Assembly: GCA_013239625.1 (NCBI GenBank)
Contig: MU054391.1
Coordinates: 3,811,130 to 3,875,129, forward strand
Length of the DNA: 64,000 bases
Direction of reading: 5' to 3'
Origin: Lama guanicoe
Lineage: Eukaryota
The notes under the pieces were generated by a model. It saw nothing but the letters and a program-made list of their open reading frames with translations. It searched no databases and had not been told where the DNA came from. The translations under genes and the position numbers were made by a program. Below, one piece after another: positions 38,230 to 50,379 of the stretch (positions within the stretch are counted from its first letter, which is position 1; every line of letters begins with the position of its first letter).

Positions 38230-38591
38230 TATTATGGACTGAATTGTGTTCCCTAAAAGTCCTATTTTGAAACCCTAACCTCCAATACCTCAGAACACGA
38301 CTGTGTTTGGAGGCAGGGCCTGTAGAGAAATGACTGGGTGAGAATGAGCCTGCTGGGAGGGGCCCTCCTCTAACCTGGCTGATGGCCCAGGAATAAGAAG
38401 AAGAGGAGAGCAGGACAGAGGCGGACACAGAGGGGTGGACGGTGGCCGTCTACAAGCCAAGGGCAGAGGCCTTCGGAGAAACCAACCCTGCTGACACCTC
38501 GGTCTTGGACTTCCAGCCTCCAGGGCTGTGAGACATGACTTTCCCCTGCACCAGGGGTGCTTTTGTTACGGCAGCTCTCGCTGACCAATAC
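38230..38591 (+). mobile_element. MLT1A/B-like solo LTR
   Basis: Starts tattatggactgaattgtgttccc, contains ccaaccctgctgacacctcggtcttggacttccagcctccagggctgtgaga, ends ttgttacggcagc...aataca. Confidence 0.8.
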
Positions 38592-41500
38592 AACAACCAC
38601 GTACAGATTCACCCCTCATTCTGTGGTTTCACCACCTGCCCGCTGTCCCTCTCAACCCACCCCACTATTGTCCACCTAAGGGTGTCTTGGCTCTAAGTCT
38701 CTTCTACATCATTCGAGTTCTGAGTCCAATTCCACTTTTATCTTCAATATCCTCTCAGCAGCATTTCCCAGGGCACCTCCCGACCTCCACCCCCTGTTAG
38801 GGAATTGCCATCTCATACCTTGTTTCCTGTCCTTGGGGCCATCAGTTTTTCCCACCTGGCTGTGGGCCCCTCGTCTCGATACCTACTTCGGTGAAATCTT
38901 TCAGGCCCTTCCTTGTCTGCTGATCTCGGTTCTGCGTCCATTGCTGTCGGGAGCATGTTGCACTCAGGGCCACGATGCACCTGTGTGGGACAGGCTCTCT
39001 GTCAGCCTGCTTCCCCGGCATGGCACTCGGGCAACTTTACCTCAGGGTCTTGGTTCCGGGGAGCCTCCGCCTGCTGAGATTCCCTCACATTCCCCGCCTG
39101 GCACTGCGGCATCTGACCCTCGGAGCCCCCACCAGCCTGGTGCCTACGACTCTGTATTTTTCTGTCTCCTCTAATTGTCCCTTGCCTTATTTCTGTTGGA
39201 GAAATAGTACGTGTTTCCTACAGAGAGCTCCATGCTCTGCCTTCACTGACTGCATCCCCATGGTGCCATAAGCATGCTCCTCGTCCTCTGCCTTCCTTTT
39301 ACTGGGTGGGTAGCCTTAGAGGTGCATTTAAAGAACTTAAAATGAGAGTTGTAAAGTGGGTGAAGAGATGAGATGAGGGGCGTGTGAGGAGGTTGTTCTG
39401 AATGTACCAGGATAATACTGTAAATTATTAACCGGAGGGTCTAATGGTCAGTGTTTCTCTCTGCCCCATCCTTCCCGCACCACCCAACAGCCCAACACCC
39501 CCTAAGTCAGGCGGCCAGGGAGAGGTGGTGTCAATGCTCAGATTTCCAGGTAGAGTTATTACACCGAACATGCAGAGGGAAACAAGAGCCAAGTGTCAGT
39601 TTTCAAGTTTCAGAGGAGACTTTTGATGAAGATACACAGTGGCCAGTGCAGTCAGGAGACTAGGGACCGGGGAGAGGGGCAGATACGTCCACCAGTGCCA
39701 GAGATCACGAGCTTGGACGGAAGTCCCAGGACACTATAATGAGGAGCAGGCTGACAGCTGAGACCCCAGGGCCTTCCCGCCCGGGGCTCTGTCCCCGGGG
39801 AGCTCAGAGCACACCAAAGGGTGAAGGGCTGACCCTGAGACAACTGGGAGGACCTGAATTGATTTAAGGCCTCCGGTTGGCTTACGCTGGCATTCTGCTC
39901 TCCCAGAGAGGTGGCCACAGCTGAGAGGAGCTCGACAAAGGAAGGTGGGTGAGGTCCCAGTGGGAGAGTGTGTCTGTATGACACGTGGCCATGCTTGAAG
40001 CACGTGGTACCCCATGGTGCTGGCTGTTTCTGTCGTTCCCACCCAAATTCCAAAGGATTCAGCCAGACAAATACTGCGATGCCCTCTCTAATCTCCCTCG
40101 TGCAAAGACTTCGGCCAGAATAAACCAACAATGAAGCAGTCAATGTGTTTTCTGGGCCTCGAAATTCCTATTGCAGACTTAGCTCTGCATTTTCCAGCTC
40201 ACGCTCCCAGACCACAGCTGCACTGCATTCCACTCTTTCCCAGACCACACCAGAGACGCCTGGAATTTTCTGCTCTCTCTTCTCACCTGGAAGAAGCCTC
40301 AGCCTTTTCCAAGATGCCCTGCTAAGATGTCCCGCCCTATATGAAGACCTTCCTGTCAGCTCAGCCTCCATCCCACCCCAGTATCCCCGACCAGCTTCTG
40401 TGCCCCTCCTTCCTCCTCGGCCCCTCTAGCATTTGGTCAAATTGCCGAGCTGGTGCTGGAGATGAATTGCAGTGGCCGATTGATGTGTCTGTACGGAGGA
40501 CACGGGGCCTGAGTCTGCACTTTGTTTTTCCTAGTGTCTAGCTCGTGGGCACCAAATGATTTCTAAAAGGGTGGGTGGAAGCTATGGAACCAAAAGACAA
40601 ACAAAATAATGTTTTGATGACCTGGGCTCTCCTAAGACGGGGGCCTGAGGAGCCAGCGCTCTTCCGTTCACCCCTGACCTTCCTGTGAGCTGGTCACAGA
40701 AATGAGGCCACTAGCATTTCAAACTTGAGTTTCATTATCAGGGCCAGATTAATCCCCAACACCCAGGCAAAAGCAGGACATGGCACTCCAGCAGCTCATA
40801 CCGAGCTCGCCTATGGAAATACTTTTCTGCATGGTTCTGTGTCTCAAGTTGGAGTCTGGCTTCCAGTGTCAGCTCAGAGCCCTGAGGGGAGTGTAACCTT
40901 CCCACCAGGCTTCAGTGGCATATTTATGAGTGTTCTGTTGTCCCTGGGACACGTGCATTATTTAGAGAGTAATGAGTCATATTCGGGGGGAAAGAGCAGG
41001 AGCCAAGCCCCACGGCGAGGTGGGGTTAGTGGTGGCTTTTTCTTCCCAGATAAGCAAAAAATGGTCTCACAAAGTCCTCCCCCGACAGCTGCTTATCTCC
41101 TGTCCTGACCTGCACGCACCCCGTGGGCCAGGGTGGAATTCCGTCACCTCGCAGCCGGCTGGAGGGCTCTCGCTGCGGACTCGGTCGGTTGGTGAGCACG
41201 CCTGCTCTTGGGGCTCCATGATTCAGGCCAGAGGCTGAGGCCTGGGATTCCGTCTCACACTTGCTTCTGGTACGGGCACCACAGCTGTTCATCAACTACC
41301 CGACAGAACGATGAGAACTGTTTCTAGACTTTCAGAGGCGAGTATGGGATCGCCCATCAAATACAAACTACATGACACGCATTTCCCCATTTCACCCTGT
41401 AACGGATTAAAAAAGGCAAGAGACGGCGCACCAATTAGCTACTGATAATTAGCTGATCATCCCCAAATCCAGGGTTAAAAACAGCAAGCATTTATTATTG

Positions 41501-42614
41501 CCCAGGAGTCTGGCGGTCACGGGGAGGGTCAGCCCTGCTGACGGAAGCCAGGCCCCCTCGTGTGTTCTGGGCCTTGGCGGGGACAACCGGTCTGACGTGG
41601 CTGTGCTTTGCATGGCCTCTTGTTGCTGGAAGGTTTGGCGGGCGTTGTCCTCAGGCCGGCCTGAGGCTGAGCAAAGAGCAGAAGCAGGCGTGTCTCTGGA
41701 GGTCTGGCGTGGAACAATTTCATTTTCATTCTGTTGTGTTTTTTTGGTGGTGGTGTTTTGTTTGTTTGTTTGTTTTGTTTTTTAATGCCAAAACAAATCT
41801 CAAGAATGTCCCAGAGTTAAGAAGGAGGGAAATATCTTCTGCCTCTTGATGCGAGTGGCCGTGAAGTCGCGTTGCAAAGGGGATGGAAGGTGAAGGGCAC
41901 GCCTGGTCACAGGTCTGTTCCTGTAATGATGCGGGGAACTGGGCAAGAAGAGGTTAGCAAGGGCGCTTTCGATCTCAACGAAGAGAGGCCGCGAAAGACC
42001 CTGCCTCCGTGGTAGGGAGGACGCGATGGCCCCAAGTGAAGACACATTGATTGCAGACAATTCAGGTGGGGAGTCAGTTCAACAAAGAAAGAGGAAGGTT
42101 CGCGCACACGGGTGCTGGAGCGCGTGGCGCTGTGTGCGAGGGGCCGGAGGAGGGACGAGGGCTCTGCACCGTTCTTCCTCTGTGTCTCTGCTGGCTTAGA
42201 GGTGAGCCCTCTCCTCTGGCCAGAGGACTGACTGTGGTAAGGTCACCCTTAGCCGGCTCCAGCACGGAACGTCCCATCACGCCACATATCAGGGTGGTCA
42301 CGTTAAGGCTGGGAGAGTTTCTGGAAAGCTCCTGTGTACAGACAGATCGCCTGTTTCCTCTAGAAATTCTTCTTTTGGGGGAACAAAATATCTACTACTA
42401 CTGCTACTACTACTACACCAGGACGATGACAACAATTCAACTGGAAACCTTTGTGATCCAAGTACTGAGCAGATTCGGAAAAGCTAAAATGTTCAACATT
42501 CATCCTGTGGTTAAGTTGTAAGCAGGTGAGACGCATGATTGGCTTTCGACTTAGAAACAGCACAGCTCTCTGCAGGGAACGCTGACACCAGCTCTGAGAA
42601 CACAAAATTGGGTT

Positions 42615-43220
42615 TGGCAGTAATCCAGGCGGGAGATGCTAAGGTCCTGATGGAGGCACTGGCCGTGGGGTTGGAGAGAAGAGGATGGATTTAATGACGT
42701 TCGTAGGGCAGAACGTGGCAGCTACGTCGGCGTAGTGGTGTGGAGGTGACCAGAAGAAGGCAGAGGTATTCTCAGCTCGAGACCTTGGACAAATGTGCAG
42801 AGAGCCCTGGGATCATGAATTCAGCGGGGTGGGAGCAGGATGGGGAGGGGCGGGGACTGTGGGTTTGGTGATGGACAGGTTAAGCCTGTCCACTCGTATC
42901 CCCTCCCTCATGTGACCACCCAATGGAAGTGTCCAAGGGTGGGCGGGCATAAAGGAACAAAGCTTAGGAGAGCGATCCGAGCAGGGGATTAACTTTGGAA
43001 CCGTTGTTATAAAGGTGGACAGTAAGGGTATGGGAGCCAAAGAGATGTCAGAGAGAGAGTTACCATAGGAGAGGCCCGGCACAGCAGGGGGGAGAGCGGC
43101 CCACAGAGGGAGATTCAGAGGAGGCGGCCGGGAGGCAGAGGGAGAGAACATGGGTGGCGAATAAAATATTTCAAAAGGAAGACACGGTCCAGGGTCTAGT
43201 GCTGCAGGGAACTCGGTTAC
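42615..43220 (-). mobile_element. L2-like LINE remnant
   Basis: gcagtaatccaggcgggagatg...ggagagaagaggatggattt...ttggtgatggacaggttaag are typical antisense L2 motifs. Confidence 0.5.
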
Positions 43221-43283
43221 TTTTTCTCGGCTGTAATGGCGATAATAGTAAAAGCGAACATTTCTTGAACACTGAGCGTGCTG

Positions 43284-44020
43284 GTCTTCGATGTTACGGC
43301 TGGGCTCGTTTCAGGGTGGCATGAACTGCACCCTCAGAAGACAGTGAACTTGACAGAGATGTGCGGGTCCTGACTGTGCCACTGACTGGCTGTGCCCCCA
43401 GCTCTGTCCCTCTAGTCATCGCCCCTTTTGCTGAGACACAACAATATTGAAAATAGACCAATCAATAACTACAATGACTTCCTGAGAGTTCACATCTCTC
43501 ACTTTAAATAAAAAACAAGAGATGATTAAGCTTAGTGAGGAAGGCAGGTCAAAAGCCAAGACAGACCCAAAGTGAGGCCTCTCGTATGAAACGGCCAGGT
43601 TGTGAACGTGAAGGAGAAGTCCCTGAAGGAAGTTAAAGCGCTGCTCTGGTGAACACACGGATGGTACGGAAGCAAAGCAGCCTCACTGTGGACGCGGAGC
43701 AAGTCCGAGTGGTCGGACAGAAGGTCAAGCCAGCCACCACCTTCCCTCCAGCCAAAGCCTCCTCCGGAGCCAGGCCCCAGCTCTCCTCCGTCCTGTGGAG
43801 GCTGAGAGAGGTGAGGAGGCTGCGGAAGAGAAGATCGAAACTAGCAGAAGTTGGTCCCTGAGGGTTAAAGAAGGACGCCATCTCCATGACATAAAAATGC
43901 AGGAGACGTGGCACGCGCTGACGCAGAAGCGGGAGCAAGTTCTCCGGACGATGTAGCTCAGAGCATCCCTGAAGGTGATGACTCGAGACAACGACCTTCC
44001 ACGTAGAAGGAGCAGCCTTA
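43284..44020 (+). mobile_element. Tigger1 (TcMar/pogo) DNA transposon fragment with decayed 5' transposase sequence
   Basis: gagacacaacaatattgaaa...tctctcactttaaat...ATGATTAAGCTTAGTGAGGAAGGC (MIKLSEEG), and VNTRMVRKQSSLTVDAEQV in ORF 43649..43861. These match the CENP-B-like N-terminus of Tigger1 transposase; frameshifted. Confidence 0.85.
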
Positions 44021-44022
44021 GA

Positions 44023-44580
44023 CGGGCACCCCTCAGAGACACTGAGGGCTCGGCTTCAGGCCACGTAATAGAGCGAGGATCCCACTTAGGCAGTCACAGG
44101 ATTGTTTGTTTTTTTGGCTTCCCGTTGCATATAAACGTTCTGTAAATATAGCCGTTGTTTTGGGCTGTGTTTACATATATTTTGATAACTTTAAGTAGAT
44201 ATAATCTATAAATATATTGAATCACTATGCTGTACGCCTGAAACTAATATAATATTGTAAATCAATCGTACTTCAAAAAATTATGTTTATACTGTAGGCC
44301 ATTAAATGTTCAATAGCATGTCTGAAAAATGTATATATCTTAATTACAACTACCCTATTGCTAAAATCGCTAACCATCCTCTGAGCTTTCAGCAAGCATT
44401 AATCCCTCTGCTTGTGGGGGGTTTGAGATATTGAGAGACTTACCGAAGTGCGACACAGAGACGTGAAGTGAGCAACACTGCCGGGAAGAAGGCGCTGCTG
44501 GACTTGTGCCGTGCGGGTCGCTATAAGCTTCCAGTTTGTAGAAAACACAGCATCTGTGATGCGAAGGCTGAGGTGCTGGC
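44023..44580 (-). mobile_element. Internally deleted Tigger1-derived element in opposite orientation
   Basis: 44023-44420 resembles one Tigger1 end (cctcagagacactgagggctcggcttcaggccac...ttttggcttcccgttgcatataaa...attgctaaaa...ctgagctttcagc). It joins directly to the other end at ~44421 (tttgagatattg...gacacagagacgtgaagtgagca...tttgtagaaaacacagcatctgtga). Confidence 0.7.
44175..44281 (+). mobile_element. Short L1 3' tail nested in the Tigger1-derived element
   Basis: gaatcactatgctgtacgcctgaaactaatataatattgtaaatcaatcgtacttcaaaaaa, the same motif as 54827-54890. Confidence 0.75.
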
Positions 44581-45685
44581 CAGGCGGACAAAGGAAGGTG
44601 ATGGCAGGTGGTGACAGTTCATTGACAGATTACTCTGTACGTTGGGGAAGTGAGCCGGGAAACGATCCGGTGCTTGTGAAGAGCTTTCCATCGGTTCCTC
44701 AGGGAACAGTGAGTGGAGGGTTAGCTTCGAACCCCAGTGCAGGGGCTTATGTTTATCCAGAAGCCCCGCTAAGTGTCAGAGAGGTAAACCGCAGAGTCCT
44801 CACTCCAGAGTGTGGAACTGTTATTTCTCTGCAGAGCATCCACTCTTTCTCTAAAGTTCTGCCTCAGAGGGCATGTCTGTTAGAGGCCTCCAGGCTGGTC
44901 TGAGCACACCTGGGCTGGTGCTGCGTGGAGGCAGGTGCTAGGTATGGGGAAAGCCAGCACACAGGCCCTGCCCTCGGGGGATCCAGGCCTGAGACCCCGA
45001 TCCTCTCCAGTGCAGGGCTGGGGAGCGGTCTCCCCACTTTCCACAGTCAGCAGAGAAGCCGCTCTCCTTCCAGAGCCAGGCTCAGGGTGGGTAGCCAGCA
45101 GGGTACAGAGAAACCAGGGTGTGCCTGCCCTGGGCCCGTCGCCCTGGCCATGGGCCCCTGGATGGGGAGGGACTGTCCCTTCCCACTGAATTAACGGCTC
45201 CGTAATCACCGTAATACAACTCAGTAAAACAAATGGTTTATTTGTGCTGCACAGTTTCCTTAGCCACACTCCACCTTTGTGCACCTGCCACGGAAACAGC
45301 GCCAGGAGGTGGATGACCGATGACAGAGGGCTGAAGAGGACTTGGCTAGTTCTTGCCAGAAACATGGACGCAGGAAGAGGAGAGAGAGGACTGGGAGGTG
45401 GTGGAGGGGACGTTCCTTGATGCGCTCATTTCTTGGCCATTAATTAACGTCACAAAGTGCTTGAGGTGAGGGAAGTGTGTGTACATGTGTGTGTGTGCAC
45501 GCTGGCCGGAATAACCTGATGCGGGGTCTGGACTGGCCTGGAGGGAAGCCCAAGGTTCACCCGAGGAGGAGGGACCACTGAGGCTGAAAGGAGTTTGCAA
45601 GAGGGAAACCTGGGGGTAGCCTGGCGCTCACAGTCTGTGGCATTGGGGTTTCAAAGATCCCTGGTTTCTCGGAAGCTGACAAGCA

Positions 45686-45719
45686 TGCAGTGCCCATAGA
45701 CGGCCAGAAGGTGGCACTG
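45686..45719 (+). promoter_or_regulatory. Candidate CTCF site with upstream (U) motif
   Basis: TGCAGTGCCC-ataga-CGGCCAGAAGGTGGCACTG: a CCASNAGRKGGCRS core preceded by a TGCAG module at about the usual spacing. Confidence 0.6.
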
Positions 45720-46559
45720 CAGCACGCCATTTATTCAGGTTCTGGCCGGGCCTGTGCGTTCAGCAGGTCTTCGTGACTTTTTTATTTTGGTGTTTTTGTT
45801 TTCCATGTTAGTGTGAATTTTGCGTCTTGTCTCCTGCCCTTCCAGCCTTCCTTTCAGCTTCCTTCAGAATACTTTCTTTTCCCCCCTTGAAATTAACCCA
45901 CATCCCAAAGGGCAGCGAAGAAGGAGGAATGGAGGGCGCAGGTTCAGGAAGGGCAGTGTGGACCGCGCGCAGCCAAGCCGCCCCGTCTGCACCTCCCCGA
46001 CTGAGCCCCGCCTCCGTGGCCACTGCCCTGCCCTGGCCCCGGGGTCCTTAGTCTCAGCCGGAGGGACCTCAGCTAAGTGGAAGCCTGGGGTCCAGGACGG
46101 GCGGGGCACAGGTACCCCTTCACCCTGCACCTGGGCCACCTCCTCCCGCATCCCAGGTGGACACACCTGTTTGAAAAGGTCCCCTTTCAAGATGATACAG
46201 AAATCAGCCTTCACCTTGGAAGTTCTTCCGTGACATTTTCTCTTTTTCTTAAGGGCAAGAGATTCATTCTTATCCAACGATTTCTCCTCATAGGCTCCCT
46301 TCGCCTCAGCAGAATGAGAGGGAACCCCAAAGACACATCCCCCTCGGTGGGGGCCCTGGCCCTGCTCTCAGTCTCTCCGGGTGTCACTCAGCCTCGCTCG
46401 TCCCCAGCGGCCTCACCGGGGAATGTGCTGGGCGCGGGGCTCTTTTACAGGGAGGCTCATTCTGTCCGGGTTAATTGGCGTATTTAGAAGTTTTCTTTCC
46501 ACGGGAGTCAGCCGGGTAATACACGTGCTCTCTCGGGGCTTCACGTTGATTTGCATGAA

Positions 46560-47400
46560 GTCCAGCAAAGCATGCTGTATCTTTTTTCACCTTCCCCCAC
46601 CTCTATGGTTCTTATTATGAATAGTTCATCCCTTTTTTTGTTATCATTACTCTTTAATGTTTAGAAACCAACTCTTGGAGTTATTCATGAACTCTGCTAT
46701 TCTTGTTTCTAAGTAAATAATTTCTGCCTTTATTAGTTCTTTTGTTGTGCCTCCTTTAATTTTATTTTTCTTGTTTTTTTCTTATTTCTTGAGTTAAATA
46801 ATTAAGTAATGCATTTCCATTTATACTTGCTAAGGGACACAGGTGTGCACAGCCGAGACCCCCTCTGCGCACCTGTCGGCCGTGTTCTGCGGGTTCTGAC
46901 ATCTCGTGTTCTCGTTGCCCTTATGTCCAGACATTTTCAGCTTTGAGGTCTGGATTTTCTCTTTGACCACAGTGTTGTTAAATGGAAGGTTTTAAAATTT
47001 CCTTATGAGAGGCTTTTAGGATTTGCTATATTTTCTAACTTTGTTTTTTTAATTTCTAAGTTTTTTTTTTTTGTCATGGTATGTAGCATTTCTACTCATT
47101 TAGAATTTGTTGAGGTTTTTCTTGTGGCCTCATGAAAGGTCCATTTTGAAGGGCGGTTACAGGGACACTTGACAATGCATACCTTCTGTTTCCCTGGCAC
47201 ATAGGCAGACGTGCATCGGTTAACCTCACCTCATTAATATTTCATTTAAGACGTCCCTACTGTGACGTCTTTTGTCTGTTTTTACCTTTTACATCGCAAG
47301 GGAAGTGAATTAAAATCCTGCCACTGGTGTACTTCTATTTGTCCTGTCTTCAGTTCTTGCTTTATGAATGTGGCTTCCAGGGTATTTGGAGCATAAACCT
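46560..47400 (-). mobile_element. Old, degraded L1 (L1M-type) fragment
   Basis: T-rich, with antisense L1 ORF2-like motifs (tagaatttgttgaggttttttcttgtggcct, gtatttggagcata). Confidence 0.5.
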
Positions 47401-48233
47401 TAGGTTTGTTCTGAGTTGAGCTCAACTCCTGGCTCTATTACCTGTTAGGAGCTTGGCCTTGGTCGAGTTACTTTATTTAGCCGAACGGCCCTTGTCTGGA
47501 AAGCGGGATGATGATTCATAAACTGTCGCCTCCGGACGACGTTTAGGAATACTGCCAGAGGAGATGCCAGGAGACCGTGTGGTTTCCACCGCTGCTGCCA
47601 TGACGCTTAGAATTTCACTCTGTTACCAAGTGTAATGGGTGGTTTTAATAATGAAGGTGCGACGGGTGGCACACATTTTCTACTGGTGTCTCTGCTCCTT
47701 TGGAAGTGGTCTGTGTAAACGCTTCCACTGCGGATGCTCCCGTTAACGCTGCTCGTCCTGCGTCACCGCCGTCACCCTCACTGCTGCTGGTCCTTAAGCC
47801 GCTGCCATCGCTCCTAACGCCCCCCTGTCATCGCTGCTTTCGCCACTCCACTGGTGCTGCTGCTTCTGCCATGAGTGTGGCTTCAGCACGACGGCTTCGC
47901 CTGGTGTCACTGCTGTACTGACTTCCCCGCTGCGGCCGCTGTTTGTGACCCAGAATGATGGCGAAGCATTTTAGGATAAAAGAATGGGGCTGGGGGTCAA
48001 GGCACGCTTCTAGTTTCAGTGCAAATCCAGAGCAGCTCACCTCCTCTCTGAGCACGCTTCTCCACCTGACGGATGTGGTGTCCCTACTTCCCGGGTCCCC
48101 TCAGAGTCGCCGTGAGATGCTAATTAGATAACAACGTGAGTGAGAGGTCAGCGAGGATGCCGAGGCCCTGGAGGTTTCCCCAGAGGCCGTGAAATCCTGG
48201 CTTCTTTTGTCCTTTGTTCCAGAAAGGCCTGGC

Positions 48234-48266
<33 letters not shown>

Positions 48267-48273
48267 GCGTGCA
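48234..48273. repeat. (TG)n(CG)n compound alternating purine-pyrimidine tract
   Basis: tgtgtgtgtgtgtgtgtgtgcgcgcgcgcacgcgcgtgca, 40 bp of unbroken alternation. Confidence 0.9.
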
Positions 48274-50292
48274 GAACAAGAGAGGGAGGAGGAGATTAAT
48301 ATCAACGAAAAGAGCAGAACTGACTGTCTCCATTTTTACCAGGTCAGTTCTGGAGCCAAACTGATTCTGTGCTGTTCCTGGAGAGAGAAAGGTGCACTGA
48401 GGCCAAAATGTGTCCCTCTGCCCATTAGAATATTGGTCTCAAATTTCCAAGCTAAGTATCTGTGTCTGTAGATACAATAATCCAGTTTAGGTCCCAAGAT
48501 TCACTGTCTCGTGGGTGAGGCCGAGAAGCTGGCTTCTGCTGAGGCTGCCGGGAGAGCAGGGCCACGCTCCAGAACGAGGTTTTCCCTGAAGACGGAGCTG
48601 TGTGGGGTTTTCAGGGGGGCTGGGGATGCTGAAGCCATGACAAGCCTGTTGTTTCCCAGGGAAATACATATGTAGAGTCTCCCAGGCTTTCCAATTGCAG
48701 GACAGAGGTGGTCTCACGTCTGTGTCCTTCCATAGCCGGAAGTGATGCTGTAAACGAGTCAGGGCCTCCAGTCCTGGCCGGACGCCTGTGACCTGGGCCA
48801 CCTCTTCCCCGTCACGCCCTTTCCGAGCGTTCATCCCTGGTGTTTGTCAAGTGAGACCAGGCAGGCAAAGATGTCTGAAACCGTGAATGCGCCTGGCAAA
48901 CACTCAGCGAATATTATTGCTAAAACGATGATCGTGATTTCCGTCCTGCAGAATCCACGACCACAAAAGGGAGTGACCACACGCCTGCGTATTTTGCAAA
49001 TGTTACCAGTTTTTCCCTTTAGGTGTTCTATCACGAGAGACAAGGATTGAGCACGAGAATAGAAGGTGATGGGAACCAACCAGAAAGTTAGAATTCTGGG
49101 GGCGTCATCAGGAGAGAGTTGGGCAGCTCTAATTCTGCACAGACAGCCATGTGTGCACGTGCATGAATGCACGTGCACACACACGCAGACACACGCCCAC
49201 GACGCGACGGCAGCTTGTGTACCAGGAGCTGGCTCCGGAGAAAAGCGCGCTGGGTGCTGGCCGGGCTGTGCGCTCACAGAGAGTCGGGCTTGCCTGACTG
49301 CCGGCCGGGGCAGAGGTGCCCGCTTTGGAGCGGGAGCCCAAGGGATGACACCGGAGATAGACCATTTGCTCAGGTTTCTGCAGCTCATGAGAGGGGCGCC
49401 TGGGTGTGCCTGGCTGCAGGGCTGGTCCTTTTTCGCTGTAACCTGTGGCCAGAGTGCACTCAATGTGTCCAGGCTGCAGATGTCAGCAGTGGTTTGGTGG
49501 CTTTTTGAATGTTATTCGTGGCAGTGTGTTTAGTTACCTGTCACCCACAGGCAGCCTCGGCACTGTGTGTGGGGGGGAACAGGTGTGTGTTTGTGAGTGT
49601 GGGATGTCTAGCTGAGCACGCACCTGACTCGACTGAAGCCAACGGGGGGCCATTCTCACTGAGCTTATCCGAACACCCAGCCAGGACAGTTGGCCATTTT
49701 ATGACACGTGTGACGAGGCGGGGCTGGCTTCTGCTGTACGCTGGTGCATAATCCCCTTTCATGAAGTCCTGGAAACATCTGTTTCTCTTCAGCCTGTTTA
49801 AAGGTTTCACTTCATTAGATATTGGTTAATGATTTGCCATTAAAACAGGTGCTTCTCATTGTGCTTAAAACTGGTGTCTGGGGCTGACAGGGGAATAGCT
49901 GAGGCTGGACACAAAGTGTGGAGTGCGGTGTCCCCGTAAGAAGCCCAGGGCACTGGGGCGGCAGGCCAGTCCACTGACAGCCCCTCAGGCTTGCGCTATC
50001 TTAATACGAGTCCTGTGGACTCGAGATCATCATTGCTAATTCCTTGGGTGGGGGCTGGTTCCCGCCTTGCCGAATGTCCCATTCGGACACATAAAAGCAC
50101 GTGCACACGGGGGTTAGTCTGCAGCACCTGCGTGTCGCTCTGATCTTCTTTATACCAATGCAGTCGGCTGCCTGCCCTCGGATGCTGAGAAAATTGTGAA
50201 CACTGATAGCTGCATGCCTGATTCTCCAGGAGCCATAAACCCTGACTTTGCCGGAGCCAAGCACTGGAAGAAGCTTCATCGCTAAATTGCAG

Positions 50293-50379
50293 CCACCACC
50301 GCCACCACCACCGCGACCACCACCACCACTGCCACCGCTGCCACCGCCGCCGCCGCCACCACCACCACCACCACCACCA
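50293..50379. repeat. Imperfect (CCA/CCG)n trinucleotide repeat
   Basis: About 29 CCN-type triplets, producing the poly-Pro and poly-Trp ORFs. Confidence 0.9.

Noticed and set aside
43522..44020. Possible domesticated TIGD1-like transposase gene
   Set aside because: Multiple frameshifts and stops, and truncated before the DDE catalytic domain.
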